Positions 23,575 through 35,949 of a DNA stretch of 64,000 bases are shown here, piece by piece. The stretch's first letter is position 1, and each line of letters begins with the position of its first letter. Source of the stretch: Basidiobolus meristosporus CBS 931.73 (Eukaryota; Fungi; Basidiobolomycota). Under the pieces are notes generated by a model, which saw nothing but the letters and a program-made list of their open reading frames with translations, searched no databases and was not told where the DNA came from. The stretch spans positions 1-64,000 of the forward strand of contig MCFE01000172.1 in assembly GCA_002104905.1 (NCBI GenBank), in the 5' to 3' direction. The position numbers were made by a program, and so were the translations under genes.

Positions 23575-26500
23575 TTAATCGGTATAGTCTAACGTATTCG
23601 CTAGCTTGGGATCACTTATCAGCCTTGCAATGTCTTCAACCAATTTGGCCGTCTCGTCAATATCTTTGATGATGTCATTAAACTCAGCACTGAAGGCAGT
23701 TAACGTCATACGCTTGGCCAGTCGACGGATGCACTCACCACGAAGCATTGCTGAGCGCTCTCGCTGCTCAATTGCCTTCGGTGCGTAGAATCTGTATGTT
23801 CTCACAATCTCGTTTGCGGTCTCTGGTAGATAATCCGTTGCCATTTGGGTCAACAACCAGTACTCGGCTACGAGTTTGGGGTATTCAAGCAGATATTTAT
23901 CTGCAAAGTCAATCAGCGATAGAATATGAACCCAAGCGGTTGAGGAAGGTATCAGTTCTAGCAGCTCCGGCTCCGGGGTCGATTGGCAACGCTCAACGAT
24001 AGATAAGAAAAGCGCGAATTCGGGTGACCGAGTCTCTTGCAACGAGATGACGGATTGTCGGGATTCTGCGTATTCGCCAAGCAACATCACCTTAAATATG
24101 GGCGAAACGGCTGATAGAAGATTCCTTGACACCGTAAACTCGGCATCGTTATCATGAATCAGCCTAAAGGTTACTTGGTCGCTGACTGCAGTAGCGGAGC
24201 TCTTATCGCCATCAATTGCAATTAAATTCTTGAAGCTCTTGCTCTCCACATCCAATTGGTATTGTCCCAGCAGCTCTTCGTACTGCCGTGCATGGAGTTC
24301 TCCGTAGGTTTGAGCTAGGTACTCTATCGCCTGGGCCCCGGTGCGCCGCCTATTGACGGATTCGCCGTTCAACACAGTGAGCATGTTCTCATCCTCCTCC
24401 TCCTCAAACTCGAGCTCAAACACAGCCATTTTACAAATGACCGAAAAAATCGATGTGGCATCAATCAAATCATCCCCATTGCTGAATCGCTCTGCCCTAG
24501 AAATGACAACGGCTGTGAAGGAATCAGGCTGGGTTGAATACACAACCGCTACGGCAGCGTACTCGTGAAATCGGACCAGGTTTTCCTCATGTTTGCTGAA
24601 TCTGTACAGGTCACGCAGCTCCTGGTGAACGGAGTAGATCGATTGCTTCAGCTCTGTAAAGTGGGGATTATGAGGATTCAATTGGGCGGATTTTAGAAAT
24701 GGTTGAAACACTTGAGTGAATATGTTGTTCAACGTAAGTTGTTGCAATAGATCTTTTTGGGTGATGATACGTTTAAGTGCCGCAACTATGGAGTGTGGAA
24801 AGCTGCTTGATGGGTGGGACAACACTAGCGTTTTGGAAAGGTCTAGGATAGCGTCAGGGGTACTGGCCAAATACCGTCTACACTCGGGCGCTTTGGTAAG
24901 GTGGTCTACAAGGCGAGCCGACTCAATGAGGATCTGGTCTGCCTTGGAGAACACGGGAGATTCTTCACTCACAGTCAGATCGGCGGCTTCCTCAGAATCA
25001 CTCTTTTGTAGGGTGGGTAACGAGTCAGCTGCTTCCTGAGACCATGTCCAGTGGCCGATGATATGTAATAGCGAGGGGATAATGCTGATTTTCCCAGTCT
25101 CCACAAAAATCAGATCATCCGCAGGAGTTATCGTTAGTTTCGATAGAGGCTCGCACTTGGAAAGTATAGACAAGGCGTATTTGTCGTAGAAGAAATTAGA
25201 AATGATCTTAAGGCATCCTACACCGGTTATCCCCGCTATTCTCAACTTGGTGGCGGACTTTTGCTCTATCAGCTTTCTCACCTTGTTTAATATCTCGATG
25301 ATGGAGGAAAGTATTCCATAGTCTTCTCGAATCTTCACCCGAACAGGCGCATCTAGAGAAAACAGGTATAGTAGCTCTGTGTACAGCTTTGCTCGCTCTG
25401 GAGGATTAAGCTCCTCCAGTGATAGTAACTCAGGAATGTAGTGCTCTTTAATGGTAGCCAGGATATCCATGTCGATAAGGATTGTACGGCTTCGGAGATT
25501 TCGACAAGCGAGGGATAAGAATCGTAGGCTGCGAAAGGAAATGACGGAAGCCGAGCGTGTGGAATTATTTTCAACCGTGTTGAGGGAGGTGGCGATGAGT
25601 TTCTTGAAAGCGATTTCCATCACAGGACGTAAATTATCACCAAAATGATCGATTGCCTCCGGCTCACTAAACAGCTCAAGTAGCATTTTGAGCGTCTTCT
25701 CGAATATCTCCTCCTTTTGCTGTTGGTCATAATCAAGCTCTGTTGTAAGCAGAGTAGATAGAACATACACGATATGGGTATCAAGGGCGAATTTCTGGGC
25801 TTCTTTGGACTGCGCCATACAGCTCGAGAGTAAGGTAAGCAGGTCTTTTAGAGTGGCTGCGTGGCGTATCCAATGCGTAGCGTCCAGATCCTTAAGTTCG
25901 TAATTTTCCTGAAATTCCTGGATTGCCAGCACAGCATCAACATTTGTTGGATCTGGTTCGTAAGAGGTGATTTTGCTGAGGATTCCAACTAGAAACTGTA
26001 GCAGTATTGAGTGTCTCGCCCCGAATGTTTCGACACATGCCGGGTGCTTATCTACCGACACGATAATAAGCAACCTGAGGATATAGTCGGATGTTTCTAA
26101 ACTTCGCTCCAGGCTTCGCTCTATTGTTTTCGACTCTCCATTTTTATTGGCGATGGTAAGCTTGGAAATACGCTTTGAAAAATGCTTCAACAACCCAATG
26201 CCCAGTTCAAACCCACTATTTCTGACGAATATCACACGGGAGGTTTTGATACTGCGGCAGATGCAGTACAGGATGTTTGTTAGATCAAGAAATGGCTTTT
26301 CGAACACGTCGGCAATAGCTTCCGGGGCGCCTCTTACTTTTGACACAACACCACACCAGATCTTCATGAGAGATTCAACATCACTTGTGCTGACCGATTG
26401 TGAAGCGCTCTCCACGAGTCGAAATAGATTGGCCAGGAGAGTTGTAGCCAGCGCTATAATCCCAGCTTCTGCTTTGATTTCCTCGACGGTCTGTTTCTGC

Positions 26501-27174
26501 TCCATTGATTGTCCCACAAACGCTAGCAACAGATAGATTCCTTTGGCTTGAACGATACGAGTAGCAAAGGTCCTGGTATGCGAAGACAAACCTCGCAAGG
26601 CGTAATTTTGTATATCCCTCATCGCTAGACTCAACAAGGATAACAATCCAGGGATTCCCTCGTGCTTTTTGAAAGCCTGGATTGTCTCGTCCATAGTGAA
26701 GCTTTTTCCAAGTTTGCCCTCCAGAAGGTTGCACAATAATTTCGTCGCATACACCCTCACCTCGATTCTTCTCACCTGTGTACACTGTATCAACTCGTAT
26801 ATGTATACGTCTATTACCTCACTCTCCAATCCGACATCATTGGATTTGTTGGTCAGTGTTTGTAAGGTTATCTGAAATATCAATAAGGCCCTTAGTAAGC
26901 TTTGCTCGGTAACCCTGCCCTCGGAAAAGCTGATTTTACGAAGTTCTCTTAGCCTGGGCTTGAGGAGTTTCAAGAAGTAGATCAGGGACTGAAACTCCAG
27001 GTCATTTAATTTAGCTGATATATGAGAGCTTCCAACAGCAGGTTGGCTGAGTTCTATGATCAGATTGTTGAGCTTTTGTGTGCGACCACTTTGACCAGAA
27101 GTAGTCGAGTCCTTGGAACTAGCACCGTCTAGGCGAAGTCGTTTACTAGGCGGACCTGAATTGTTGATATCCAT
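23575..27174 (-). CDS. Armadillo-repeat protein with C-terminal BTB/POZ domain (ARMC5/ARIA-like architecture), intronless
   Basis: ~1200-aa helical-repeat ORF. C-terminal DQVTFRLI..FTVSRNLLSAVSPIFKVMLLGEYAESRQSVISLQE..ADKYLL is BTB-like. N-terminal NLS-like PPSKRLRL. Confidence 0.75.
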   Translation of the reverse strand: MDINNSGPPSKRLRLDGASSKDSTTSGQSGRTQKLNNLIIELSQPAVGSSHISAKLNDLEFQSLIYFLKLLKPRLRELRKISFSEGRVTEQSLLRALLIFQITLQTLTNKSNDVGLESEVIDVYIYELIQCTQVRRIEVRVYATKLLCNLLEGKLGKSFTMDETIQAFKKHEGIPGLLSLLSLAMRDIQNYALRGLSSHTRTFATRIVQAKGIYLLLAFVGQSMEQKQTVEEIKAEAGIIALATTLLANLFRLVESASQSVSTSDVESLMKIWCGVVSKVRGAPEAIADVFEKPFLDLTNILYCICRSIKTSRVIFVRNSGFELGIGLLKHFSKRISKLTIANKNGESKTIERSLERSLETSDYILRLLIIVSVDKHPACVETFGARHSILLQFLVGILSKITSYEPDPTNVDAVLAIQEFQENYELKDLDATHWIRHAATLKDLLTLLSSCMAQSKEAQKFALDTHIVYVLSTLLTTELDYDQQQKEEIFEKTLKMLLELFSEPEAIDHFGDNLRPVMEIAFKKLIATSLNTVENNSTRSASVISFRSLRFLSLACRNLRSRTILIDMDILATIKEHYIPELLSLEELNPPERAKLYTELLYLFSLDAPVRVKIREDYGILSSIIEILNKVRKLIEQKSATKLRIAGITGVGCLKIISNFFYDKYALSILSKCEPLSKLTITPADDLIFVETGKISIIPSLLHIIGHWTWSQEAADSLPTLQKSDSEEAADLTVSEESPVFSKADQILIESARLVDHLTKAPECRRYLASTPDAILDLSKTLVLSHPSSSFPHSIVAALKRIITQKDLLQQLTLNNIFTQVFQPFLKSAQLNPHNPHFTELKQSIYSVHQELRDLYRFSKHEENLVRFHEYAAVAVVYSTQPDSFTAVVISRAERFSNGDDLIDATSIFSVICKMAVFELEFEEEEDENMLTVLNGESVNRRRTGAQAIEYLAQTYGELHARQYEELLGQYQLDVESKSFKNLIAIDGDKSSATAVSDQVTFRLIHDNDAEFTVSRNLLSAVSPIFKVMLLGEYAESRQSVISLQETRSPEFALFLSIVERCQSTPEPELLELIPSSTAWVHILSLIDFADKYLLEYPKLVAEYWLLTQMATDYLPETANEIVRTYRFYAPKAIEQRERSAMLRGECIRRLAKRMTLTAFSAEFNDIIKDIDETAKLVEDIARLISDPKLANTLDYTD

Positions 27175-28397
27175 AATGATGGATAGTGTGAATAAAATGA
27201 AATGTATCTCCCCATCTGACACCACTCACTACCCTCTGCCATTTCCCGACTGGAATTTGATAGGCAGAAGTGAATTATGCATTTTTAATGCTTAACTGCT
27301 TAGCTAAGTTAATCAATTTGCAAGGGTCCGCAAATAATGCTGCCCAGCAAAGATCAAGTTGGCTTTTCACCTTCAAATGATGAAAATAAGAATGTATGCA
27401 TGTATGCATCATTGATCATTCATGTTTGTTCACAAGATCTGCTATCTCTTGTTGGAAGTGGCAGCCTACCTAATGCACGCAGAATTACCCATTGGCCTGT
27501 CTATCACTCATGTGCCCATTCCTCACCTGCTTTCACCTCCCTACCAGCCAATCTGCACACGAATATCATTTGCTAAGGGCTTGCGGGAAAAACTCTTCAT
27601 CCGCAACCCTGATACGGAAACAGTAATTCCACGCTAGCAACTTCGTTAGTTGGATTTCGGTACGGTTCGTGTGGTACAAGGTGGATCATTTCGGGACTGC
27701 TTGTGAAACTTTACTAATCTATGGTGAGGCAGACTAAAATAGGAAGCCAGCGAAGTAAGATCTGTGTTCCGATTTATGCTTCTGTATTTGCGAATCAATC
27801 ATATGATGTATAGCAAGCATCACCCAATCCCGTCAATGGGTAATGGACAACATAGCAATTAGCATCAATGCATGTAGTGGTCGTGTCATATGGACCCTAT
27901 ATGGAGAGGTGGCTTTGGCAGGTGTACCATTTTCAACGGAGTGTTCCCATTCAAGAATGATTTGTGTCCGTCCACTGATTAGTTGAGGGCTGAGCTGGTT
28001 TTGTAGTGTTGTACACTATTCGGCTTGTCCACATGACAGTTGCGGCATTGCGAAAAACTACGAGCGAAACCTATCTTTGTAGGTTAAATTACAGACTTCG
28101 TATTATTCTCACTCAACACTACAAAGATTAGAGGTCTGGTATGGTTGGTGTATTTTAAGGGATCTGTCGTGATCTGGATGTTCTGAATATTAGCTTCGTG
28201 GTGAAGAAACGAAGGAATAATTACATAAAATTGCGTGTGTAAACTGATAAATATGGAGATTCGTGGAACTAATGGTACAATGAAGTGTTCAAAATCAACA
28301 GATAATCCTCACAATAATGGAAAAGCTAGAGAAACCGGAACAAACTTCGTACAAGCAGGATACTACTATCTACGAAGATTCAGTATTGCAGTCACGT

Positions 28398-30718
28398 CTA
28401 GACTGCACGAGGTGGTATAGCTTCTGAGGCTGGTATGGACGAAACTGTAGTGGAGTTGAGCCTTTGTCCGCTAGAGTGTACGAGTTCAGAATTTCGAACG
28501 GGGATTTCGTACTCTGACTTTCTGTTCTGTCTGCGATTTGCTGCCTTTCCCTTATTGGACTTGTGGTCATCTGTAATCATAATGGGTGGAGATATTCCGG
28601 TAGCGATTTCCTGCCCAAGGTAATCCTTCAGTATGAAGAAGATACTAGAGTAGAGACGTGTAAATAACCATGTCTGAGGATGAACAAGAGTTTCTTAACT
28701 ACGTACCAAAAGCCCACCTTCTCATTATGGTGTCTGCAATAGCAAGTAATACGAGCAGGTAAGATCGTATCACCACTGCTGAAATCAACCAACTCGCTAC
28801 AATTGAATAGCAAAATCCTCCGCTGCTCAAGTTGAAGTGACTACTCATTGCAAAAATTCAATACACAATCTCATGAACTAGTGTTATAATAGACAAGAAC
28901 TTACCTGTTCATCATCCATGCTTATTCCCGGCTCATTTACTGGTGAGGAGGCTCTACTGGCACACGGAGTATTGTCCACACTGGCCTGTTGGTTCCTTGA
29001 TTTACTTTCCCTCTTTCGAAGAGCTCTCTTTCTCTATGGTTGCTCCATTAATGAGTGAGATATTGTAGCGTGTAGCTTTCAACTAACCTCGCGCTGCACA
29101 CACGATATACAGGTATACACTTTTCGGGTAACATCAGAAGCACAAATAACGTTCGTTTCTAAATTCAGAACATTCTGTTCGGTTGGACTCGTCTGGTCTG
29201 AAGACAGTGGGATTTACAGAGATTAAGTGCTTGGACTTACTGACACTATCGCATCACTCCATACCTTTGGCATTTTTGCGCTTGAATTTTTCTTTGGCCA
29301 CCATAAACTCCGGCAGACGAAGATGAGACCACAATGAGACCTTCTCTCCACGATCGGTCACTAACTGGAGGCAGAATTTCACTTGCGTCTCAACACGGGA
29401 TTTGGCGCCAGATTCTGGAACCCCCAAAACTCGAATTTGTAACCTGGCGTTATAAGCATTTAGCATGGATCAAAGGCCTCCACCATAGCACGAGTTACCC
29501 TTTTCCGATTATGTTCCTTGTTTGAGGTGTGTTGAATCCGGTGACATGGGGAGGAAGTGTATTACTGGCAAAAGGGGTTATAAATCACATAGACTCATAT
29601 GTCCAACAACAAAACAACTTACTTTCTGTTTTGCACGTATTTAGAGACACCTTCAGGTTTCTCGGGACTGTTTGAGAAGCTCATGGAACTAGCGGAGCCG
29701 TACTATCCAAAAACAAAAATTAGACATAACTCATATGGGAACAAACTATAACGAGTACATTGTCAGCAAAAAGATGGGAGTACATCGAATCAGAGCTTAA
29801 TCCTGAATGAAGCTCCACTCGATTATTCTGGGGTGTACTTGCCGTATCAAGTGCCAACATGTCACTGATAGAGACCATTTGTAACGGCTGTTGCGACGAT
29901 CCTACTTGTGTCATGTTGAAGAAGGCGCCGTCGAGTGGCTGCTGCAAAGGAGAAGGAGGTCTCGATAATGATTCGATATCCTGTGGTAGATAAGGATGGG
30001 TAGCGGTTATAGACGGAGATGCCATTGGCGTGGCACTTGGCGATACAGGACCCGAAGGAATAGCGAATATGTTCCCATGAGCATCCATGGATAGTGGTAC
30101 ATTCTGTGGCATATGAGTGTTGGGTCCGGAGTATTTCAAGGAGAAGTAAGGATGACGTTGAGGTTGGTGAAGAGGCGACGATGGTTTAGATAAACCCGGT
30201 GATACAAAGCCTTGAGTAGCAGTAAGCGGAGGGGTGGCCATAGGAGTTGCCGTTGGAGAGAGTGGTTGCGATAGTCCAAGGAGTATGTCATCTTCTAACG
30301 AGAAGTTCAATGGTTGAAATGAGGCATTGGGCTGGTGGCCATAACCGGACTGGAGAAAAGGACTCTGGTATGGAGAAGGCGGTCTTGGTGGATATAAAGA
30401 ATTCAAATTGTTGGGCACAAAGGCCTTGTTGAAGCCCGCCAATGAAGGTGAGGCCATAGGGGTGGCATTAGGGGTTGCTTGAAGCGACGGGGCGAAGTTA
30501 AGTGGACCTTCTGTCTGAGAATTTTCTGTCTTTGAAGCATAGTTGAACTGGGTAGGGAGGACGGTGTAGTTGAAATCAAAGCCAGAAACCTCTTCGGAGG
30601 GGGTATTGACTGCTGAATCGAAGGTATTGAAATGTGGCGAGTTTGACCTTTCCTCCTTGAGGGTAGGAAAACAGTGGCCCAAATCAGACTGCCGCTGGCT
30701 AAGGCGATTTTGATGCAT
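28398..30718 (-). CDS. Spt23/Mga2-family transcription factor-like protein lacking IPT/ankyrin/TM (5' end uncertain, may extend to ~31019)
   Basis: LQIRVLGVPESGAKSRVETQVKFCLQL, VYTCISCVQRE|RKRA, ILLFNC..LPARITCYCRHHNEKVGF and GISPPIMITDDHK are Spt23/Mga2 N-domain motifs. Hand-spliced exons end at a TAG at 28398. Confidence 0.8.
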
Positions 30719-31693
30719 GCTACTGTAAACACTGTCGACACGTTACAAGAACTTAGTGTCGAGACTATTTTTGCTTCTGGGAGGTAGCCTTCAAAACAAC
30801 CTTGAAGTTGGTTAAGATGCAATAGTCAGCAATTATTATACAGATAACGAAGTTCGGTGAATGTTTAATATAATTCTTAGAGCCCAGAAAAGAAACCGAA
30901 GTCTGACAGCTTCCTTTGCCCACTTTTCGTAATGTGCCACGATGATTGGGTAGGACGCTAATCGTCAGCTGACACCGGTTAACAAATTGAACACTCGATT
31001 GGCTGGCCAAACTACACATGGCTTATATGTTGTTGGAAAGGATCCATTAGTTGTCTATTAGATATGATATATATAAGGCTAATATATGCATATATAAAGC
31101 GTGAGAGCGTCGATGTTATATATCTGCTTAGATCATGTTTTGTGGATTCCGGTTTAATTACTCCAAACAGATATTCAATGATTCAATCGTTGCGAGGCTG
31201 AAGATGATGAATGTGCCTCATTTGATGCTCAGGTCTACCATATCTGGCCATATCTTAATTCGTATTAGCCAATCTGGTATTCCACAGATGGTGCCCTCGT
31301 TCCCTAACCTTTTTACTTTAATCTATATTTAAGCTTATGTAGCGAATGCCACTTGCCAATTCCAGATTCCAACACAATGCGCTTTCGCTGCTGGCGGAAT
31401 CTACTCTGGAAATGGATATACACATGCTATCTCCATTGACAGATCCGAAGTATTTCGCTACACTATTGATGATATAATCTCCAATCCACCTTCTCAATCT
31501 ACCGAATCTCGCTGTTGTAATTAGCGCACTTCGTTAATCATCTAAATATAGATCCAAATCAGATCAATGTAGGCTCTGTGACATCTGAGATGAAGCTACC
31601 GCAGCGAGCCATCGCCACAGTATACAGGAAATTTTTTCTCTCTGTGGAATCCTATCTTCTAACAACGGCGCCCACCTTCGTTGACAATACAGT

Positions 31694-32750
31694 ATGGCTC
31701 AACAAGCAGCAAATTTCTTGAAAGGCAATGGCAAATCCTTGTTCACCGGTGCCGGGGCCCTGATCACCTTGGGTGCCTTGGGCTATGGTATCAATGCTTC
31801 ATTGTTTAACGGTATGCTCTCATGACCTTGGTATGTTCTATTGCGTATGGCATATTAATCTTATGCCTGACAAAGTTGATGGTGGTCACAGAGCAGTCAA
31901 ATACTCTAGGATTTTTGGTGTCCAAAAAGAGATCTATCAAGAAGGTACACACATCGTTATTCCTTGGTTTGAGACTCCTATCATCTACGATGTCCGTGCG
32001 AAACCAAGAAATATCGCCTCGCTTACTGGAACGAAAGGTCCGTATGGTATTTCAAGCGTAGGGTTAAGTTCTAGAAATTTATGTTTTGCCTCCAGATCTT
32101 CAAATGGTCAATATTACCGTTCGTGTTCTTTCTAAACCAAACGTCGAAGCACTGGACACCATTTATAGAACCCTTGGAACCGATTACGATGAACGTGTTC
32201 TTCCCTCTATTGTCAACGAGGTTTTGAAAAGTGTGGTTGCCCAATTCAACGCTTCCCAACTTATCACACAGCGTGAGAGAGTTAGCAGACTAGTTCGCGA
32301 AAATCTTCTTCGTCGCGCACTTCGTTTCAATATCGTCTTGGATGATGTCTCCATCACACATGTTGCTTTCTCTCCAGAATTCTCTTCAGCTGTTGAAGGC
32401 AAACAGATTGCCCAGCAGGAGGCTCAAAGAGCCTTCTTTATAGTGGAGAGCGCTAAGCAAGAGAAGCAGTCAACAATCATCAAAGCCCAAGGAGAAGCTC
32501 GCTCTGCAGAACTTATAGGTGAAGCGATTCGTAACAAGCCTGGTTTCATTGCTCTCAGAAAGATTGAGGCTGCTCGTGAGATTGCTCACATCATTGCAAA
32601 CTCGAACAACCGTGTCATGTTGGACGCTGATACATTACTGTTGAACGTTCAGACCAACATGTAAGCAAATGTATTAATATGCTAATCCCTAGCAATTACT
32701 TATTTGTTTCTCTTTTCTGTAGCTCGAGCGCCACTACAGTTACCGAGTAA
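31694..32750 (+). CDS. PHB2: Prohibitin-2
   Basis: [30 protein letters not shown]|[47 protein letters not shown]. Confidence 0.96.
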
Positions 32751-33261
32751 AAGATCATCAAGCTCAGTAACACATATGGTCGTATCATATAAACATTCAA
32801 GATATTTGCCTATATATTATTGTATAAGACAAATAAAACCGCAATCTCAAAATAGGAATTTTTATTGAAGCCAATAATGAGAACTGTGAGAGTACTGATT
32901 CCCATGGTTAATACTTGAAGATTTATTGAAAGGGATGATTTATGTAAAGTCTTGAAATATAAATCATAATACGAATGGTTTGATGAAATATTGACTATCG
33001 ATTAATTGATATGTTTTGAATGAGCACTTGATTGTATACTATCAAACGACCTGATAAGGTGTGGTGTTTGCTTGTTGGTTATGGGGACGAACCAAGTATC
33101 TAGACCTCTGATGAACTTGTGAAATACACTGGAGATCTTATAGCACTATGCACAAACCCCTCTTATTTTAACACTGGATCTTTCGATGGTACTCAAGCAT
33201 ATTCAATATAGCATTGTTATGGTATTTTGCTCCATAGATAGACAAGAATTTTGTGTTTTTT

Positions 33262-33770
33262 TGTGATGGGATTTTGAAGACATTGGAAGTGATTTGAAGA
33301 AAGAGTACAATACGTGGCTTCTGCTTAATGATATATTGAGTGTACAAGCTGTATTTATGCTTTTAAAGCATGTATAATATACTTAAGTGGATTCAAGAAG
33401 ATTCTTATGAAAACAAACCCAAAGAGCAGCAGATATCTGATTTTCCTTAAAGTTAGTGAAATATACCAAACATTTCCCAACATGAAATTTGGGCAGAATT
33501 CTCTAGAACTTATATAATATTACCCAAGTGACTAAGTAGATACTTAAGTGTAATTACAAAACTACAACACTGGGTAGTGTTGGAAGTGATTTGGAGCACT
33601 AGTAGAATTGCATGGTACTCACTTGTCATATTGAGTTTCAATAAAGTGTTTATACTTTTGGGGGAACTTTGTAAGACTAATAAATAGAATGCTTTAAGAA
33701 AGGTCCCAGGAAGCTGTGCGCAAAGCTTAGGGGCTTCTGAATGAGTGTGAGAATATTGGTAACTTCCAGG
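33262..33770 (-). mobile_element. Two degenerate tandem LTR copies of the 10.1-kb Copia family
   Basis: ATTGGAAGTGA, AAGTGACTAAGT..TAATTACAAAACTACAACA (ends 33569), then a partial copy with AAGGTCCC..GCAAAGCTTAGGGGCT. Confidence 0.6.
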
Positions 33771-34088
33771 CCTGCACTAATTCAAAGAATTAGCTAATAT
33801 GTTACAAACTAAGTCTTAAATTAATAATTCATCACTTGGCAATAAGCCAGGTAGAATCTTACGTTATTTGAATGGTTTAGGTGTGAACTAAATGTTGACA
33901 TCAAACTGGTGCTTATGTTGCCAATTTCAGGATAAATAGGGCCATAAATATTTATGCATAACTTGGCATTACCGACGACATGATTCATTCCTTCCCAACC
34001 ACTCCATATGATGTATAACCAAAATGCACAGTTGTGTATAGCTCAGGGATGAATTCATTGAGAGTAAAATTGGGACTGAAGTAATTAT

Positions 34089-34437
34089 TGTTGTAAGAGT
34101 CTTGGAGATATTGGAAGTGAGTGGGAGAACAAGTAGATTATGTGGTTTTCACTTAATGATTTATTGAATGTAAAAGTAGTATTTATAATTTTACTTAGTC
34201 TTGGCATTACAAACACGTAGAATAGGTTAAGGAAGGTCCCAAGAACATGTGTGCAAAGTTTGGGGCTGTTTGAACAACTTTGAATATTTTCACCAAAATA
34301 CCAGGTACCCAGAACATGAAAATTTGATAAGTAAATCCAGACAAGGAATTTGGTCAGTATTCTCTAGGATTTGAGGGTAATGATCTAAGTGACTAAGTTA
34401 GGTGAATGTTTAGGTGGAATTACAAATTTCTACAACA
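34089..34437 (-). mobile_element. Solo LTR with 5-bp TSD
   Basis: TGTTG...CAACA, flanked by ATTAT on both sides (34084-34088, 34438-34442). Same family as 10107-10456 and 10630-10944. Confidence 0.88.
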
Positions 34438-35949
34438 ATTATTAGGTTCTTGTCTGTATAGATATCTCTAAACATGGTACCCCACAAGATATAGTGGAAG
34501 GTCATGGAAAGATGTGGCCAAAGCCTTGGTTCAGTCAGTAGTGGCCTTATATCTGAAGTGATCTTCATCTAATTCTAAGTGCAAAATCATCACAAAGATA
34601 ATCAAATAGGAAGTCAAAATATATGGCTGATTTGAGGTTACAATAAAATACACTTGGGCTCCAATGACTATCTTTTCAACATTCGCGCAATGCAGACGAA
34701 TTTTAAGAAATCCCTTTGGTAATTCTTCGAGCAGATGGGTGAAATTAAAGTTGATGAGGTGGTATTGAAATTTGCAACTTCACTAAACATCTAAACTTCA
34801 TAACAGGGTGTATGCTTCAACAGAATGCCTAGTTTCCTTTAGGATGCTATCAGAAGTGGAAATAGACGATTAATAATAGAAGCCTTGAATTTCATCATTT
34901 GTAGTATATTCATGTCTAGCAATCAGTTTACAGACATCAAAGGAATTTCTCATCATAGAGCTCCTCTGGGTGATGGAGCAAGGCAACCTCATCTTTCGCA
35001 TTCCCATGCCAAATTCTGGCTTTCTGATTTTTCCACCCCTCACATAGCACAAGTGATGTGTTTTGCACTTCGTGGGTTCGCAGTCCGAATTTAGATATGA
35101 CGGTGCAGTCTTTAGGTTGGATTCCAATTCATAGTTCGGTTTGTAGCCTGCAGGAGCATGGCCTGTGTATCGATATTTATGCCGAAATATCTCGCTTCAC
35201 TCCTCTACACCGCATACAGACTTGCGGCCTCAAGAAAGTGATCTGATGCTATTCATGGCCGAGCCAAAGGCCAGCTGCTCACTCTTTAGTATGTATGTCT
35301 ACGTACTTCATCAGCATCGGCTCCTTGGTTGCACAGGGAATTTAGGGTCTAGGCTCCGATGGTGTGGAGGGCATCAATCTCCTCACATCGGGTTAATAGC
35401 ATGATTGTTTGAGTAACCATCAAGTTATGATATTCTTCATTGTGTGCACCCAAGCCCCTGGTTTAGCAATGGTAGCAATATGAAAACAACCATCATTACG
35501 TGCAATGCTCATCCTAGCCACAATAACTGATATTCCACTTTCGTGCGAGTGATTGCCGCTTTTGCTCCCATCAGTTGGCGCCCTTGAACACCAATCATAT
35601 GGTGCCAATTCAACAGACTGCGTTGAATTTCCTTGTGCTTATGTAGCAATAAGGAAATTGAGTGATGGATATAGCAACTTGCGATCATTCATTCCATTCA
35701 ATTCGCATGATTTAATGCTACTGTGAATGAGATAATACCCCAATGATGCTTCGTCAATAATTAAACTAGGGATTTGATTTGATACGAATCAGTTTCTCAA
35801 AAGGTATACATGGAGGTATTGAGCTAATTTAGCTCATTCTGTCTTGGAATCATCTAGTGAGGACATACCCTAACTATATTAACGCTCTGCTTCACTCCAG
35901 TTCACGGCATCGTTCATTTCCACTTATCCCACTTATCATTGATAGAAAT

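Noticed and set aside
34870-35608. Possible decayed gene between the solo LTR and the SDR
   Set aside because: Peptides are not recognisable and the ORFs are short; could be intergenic noise.
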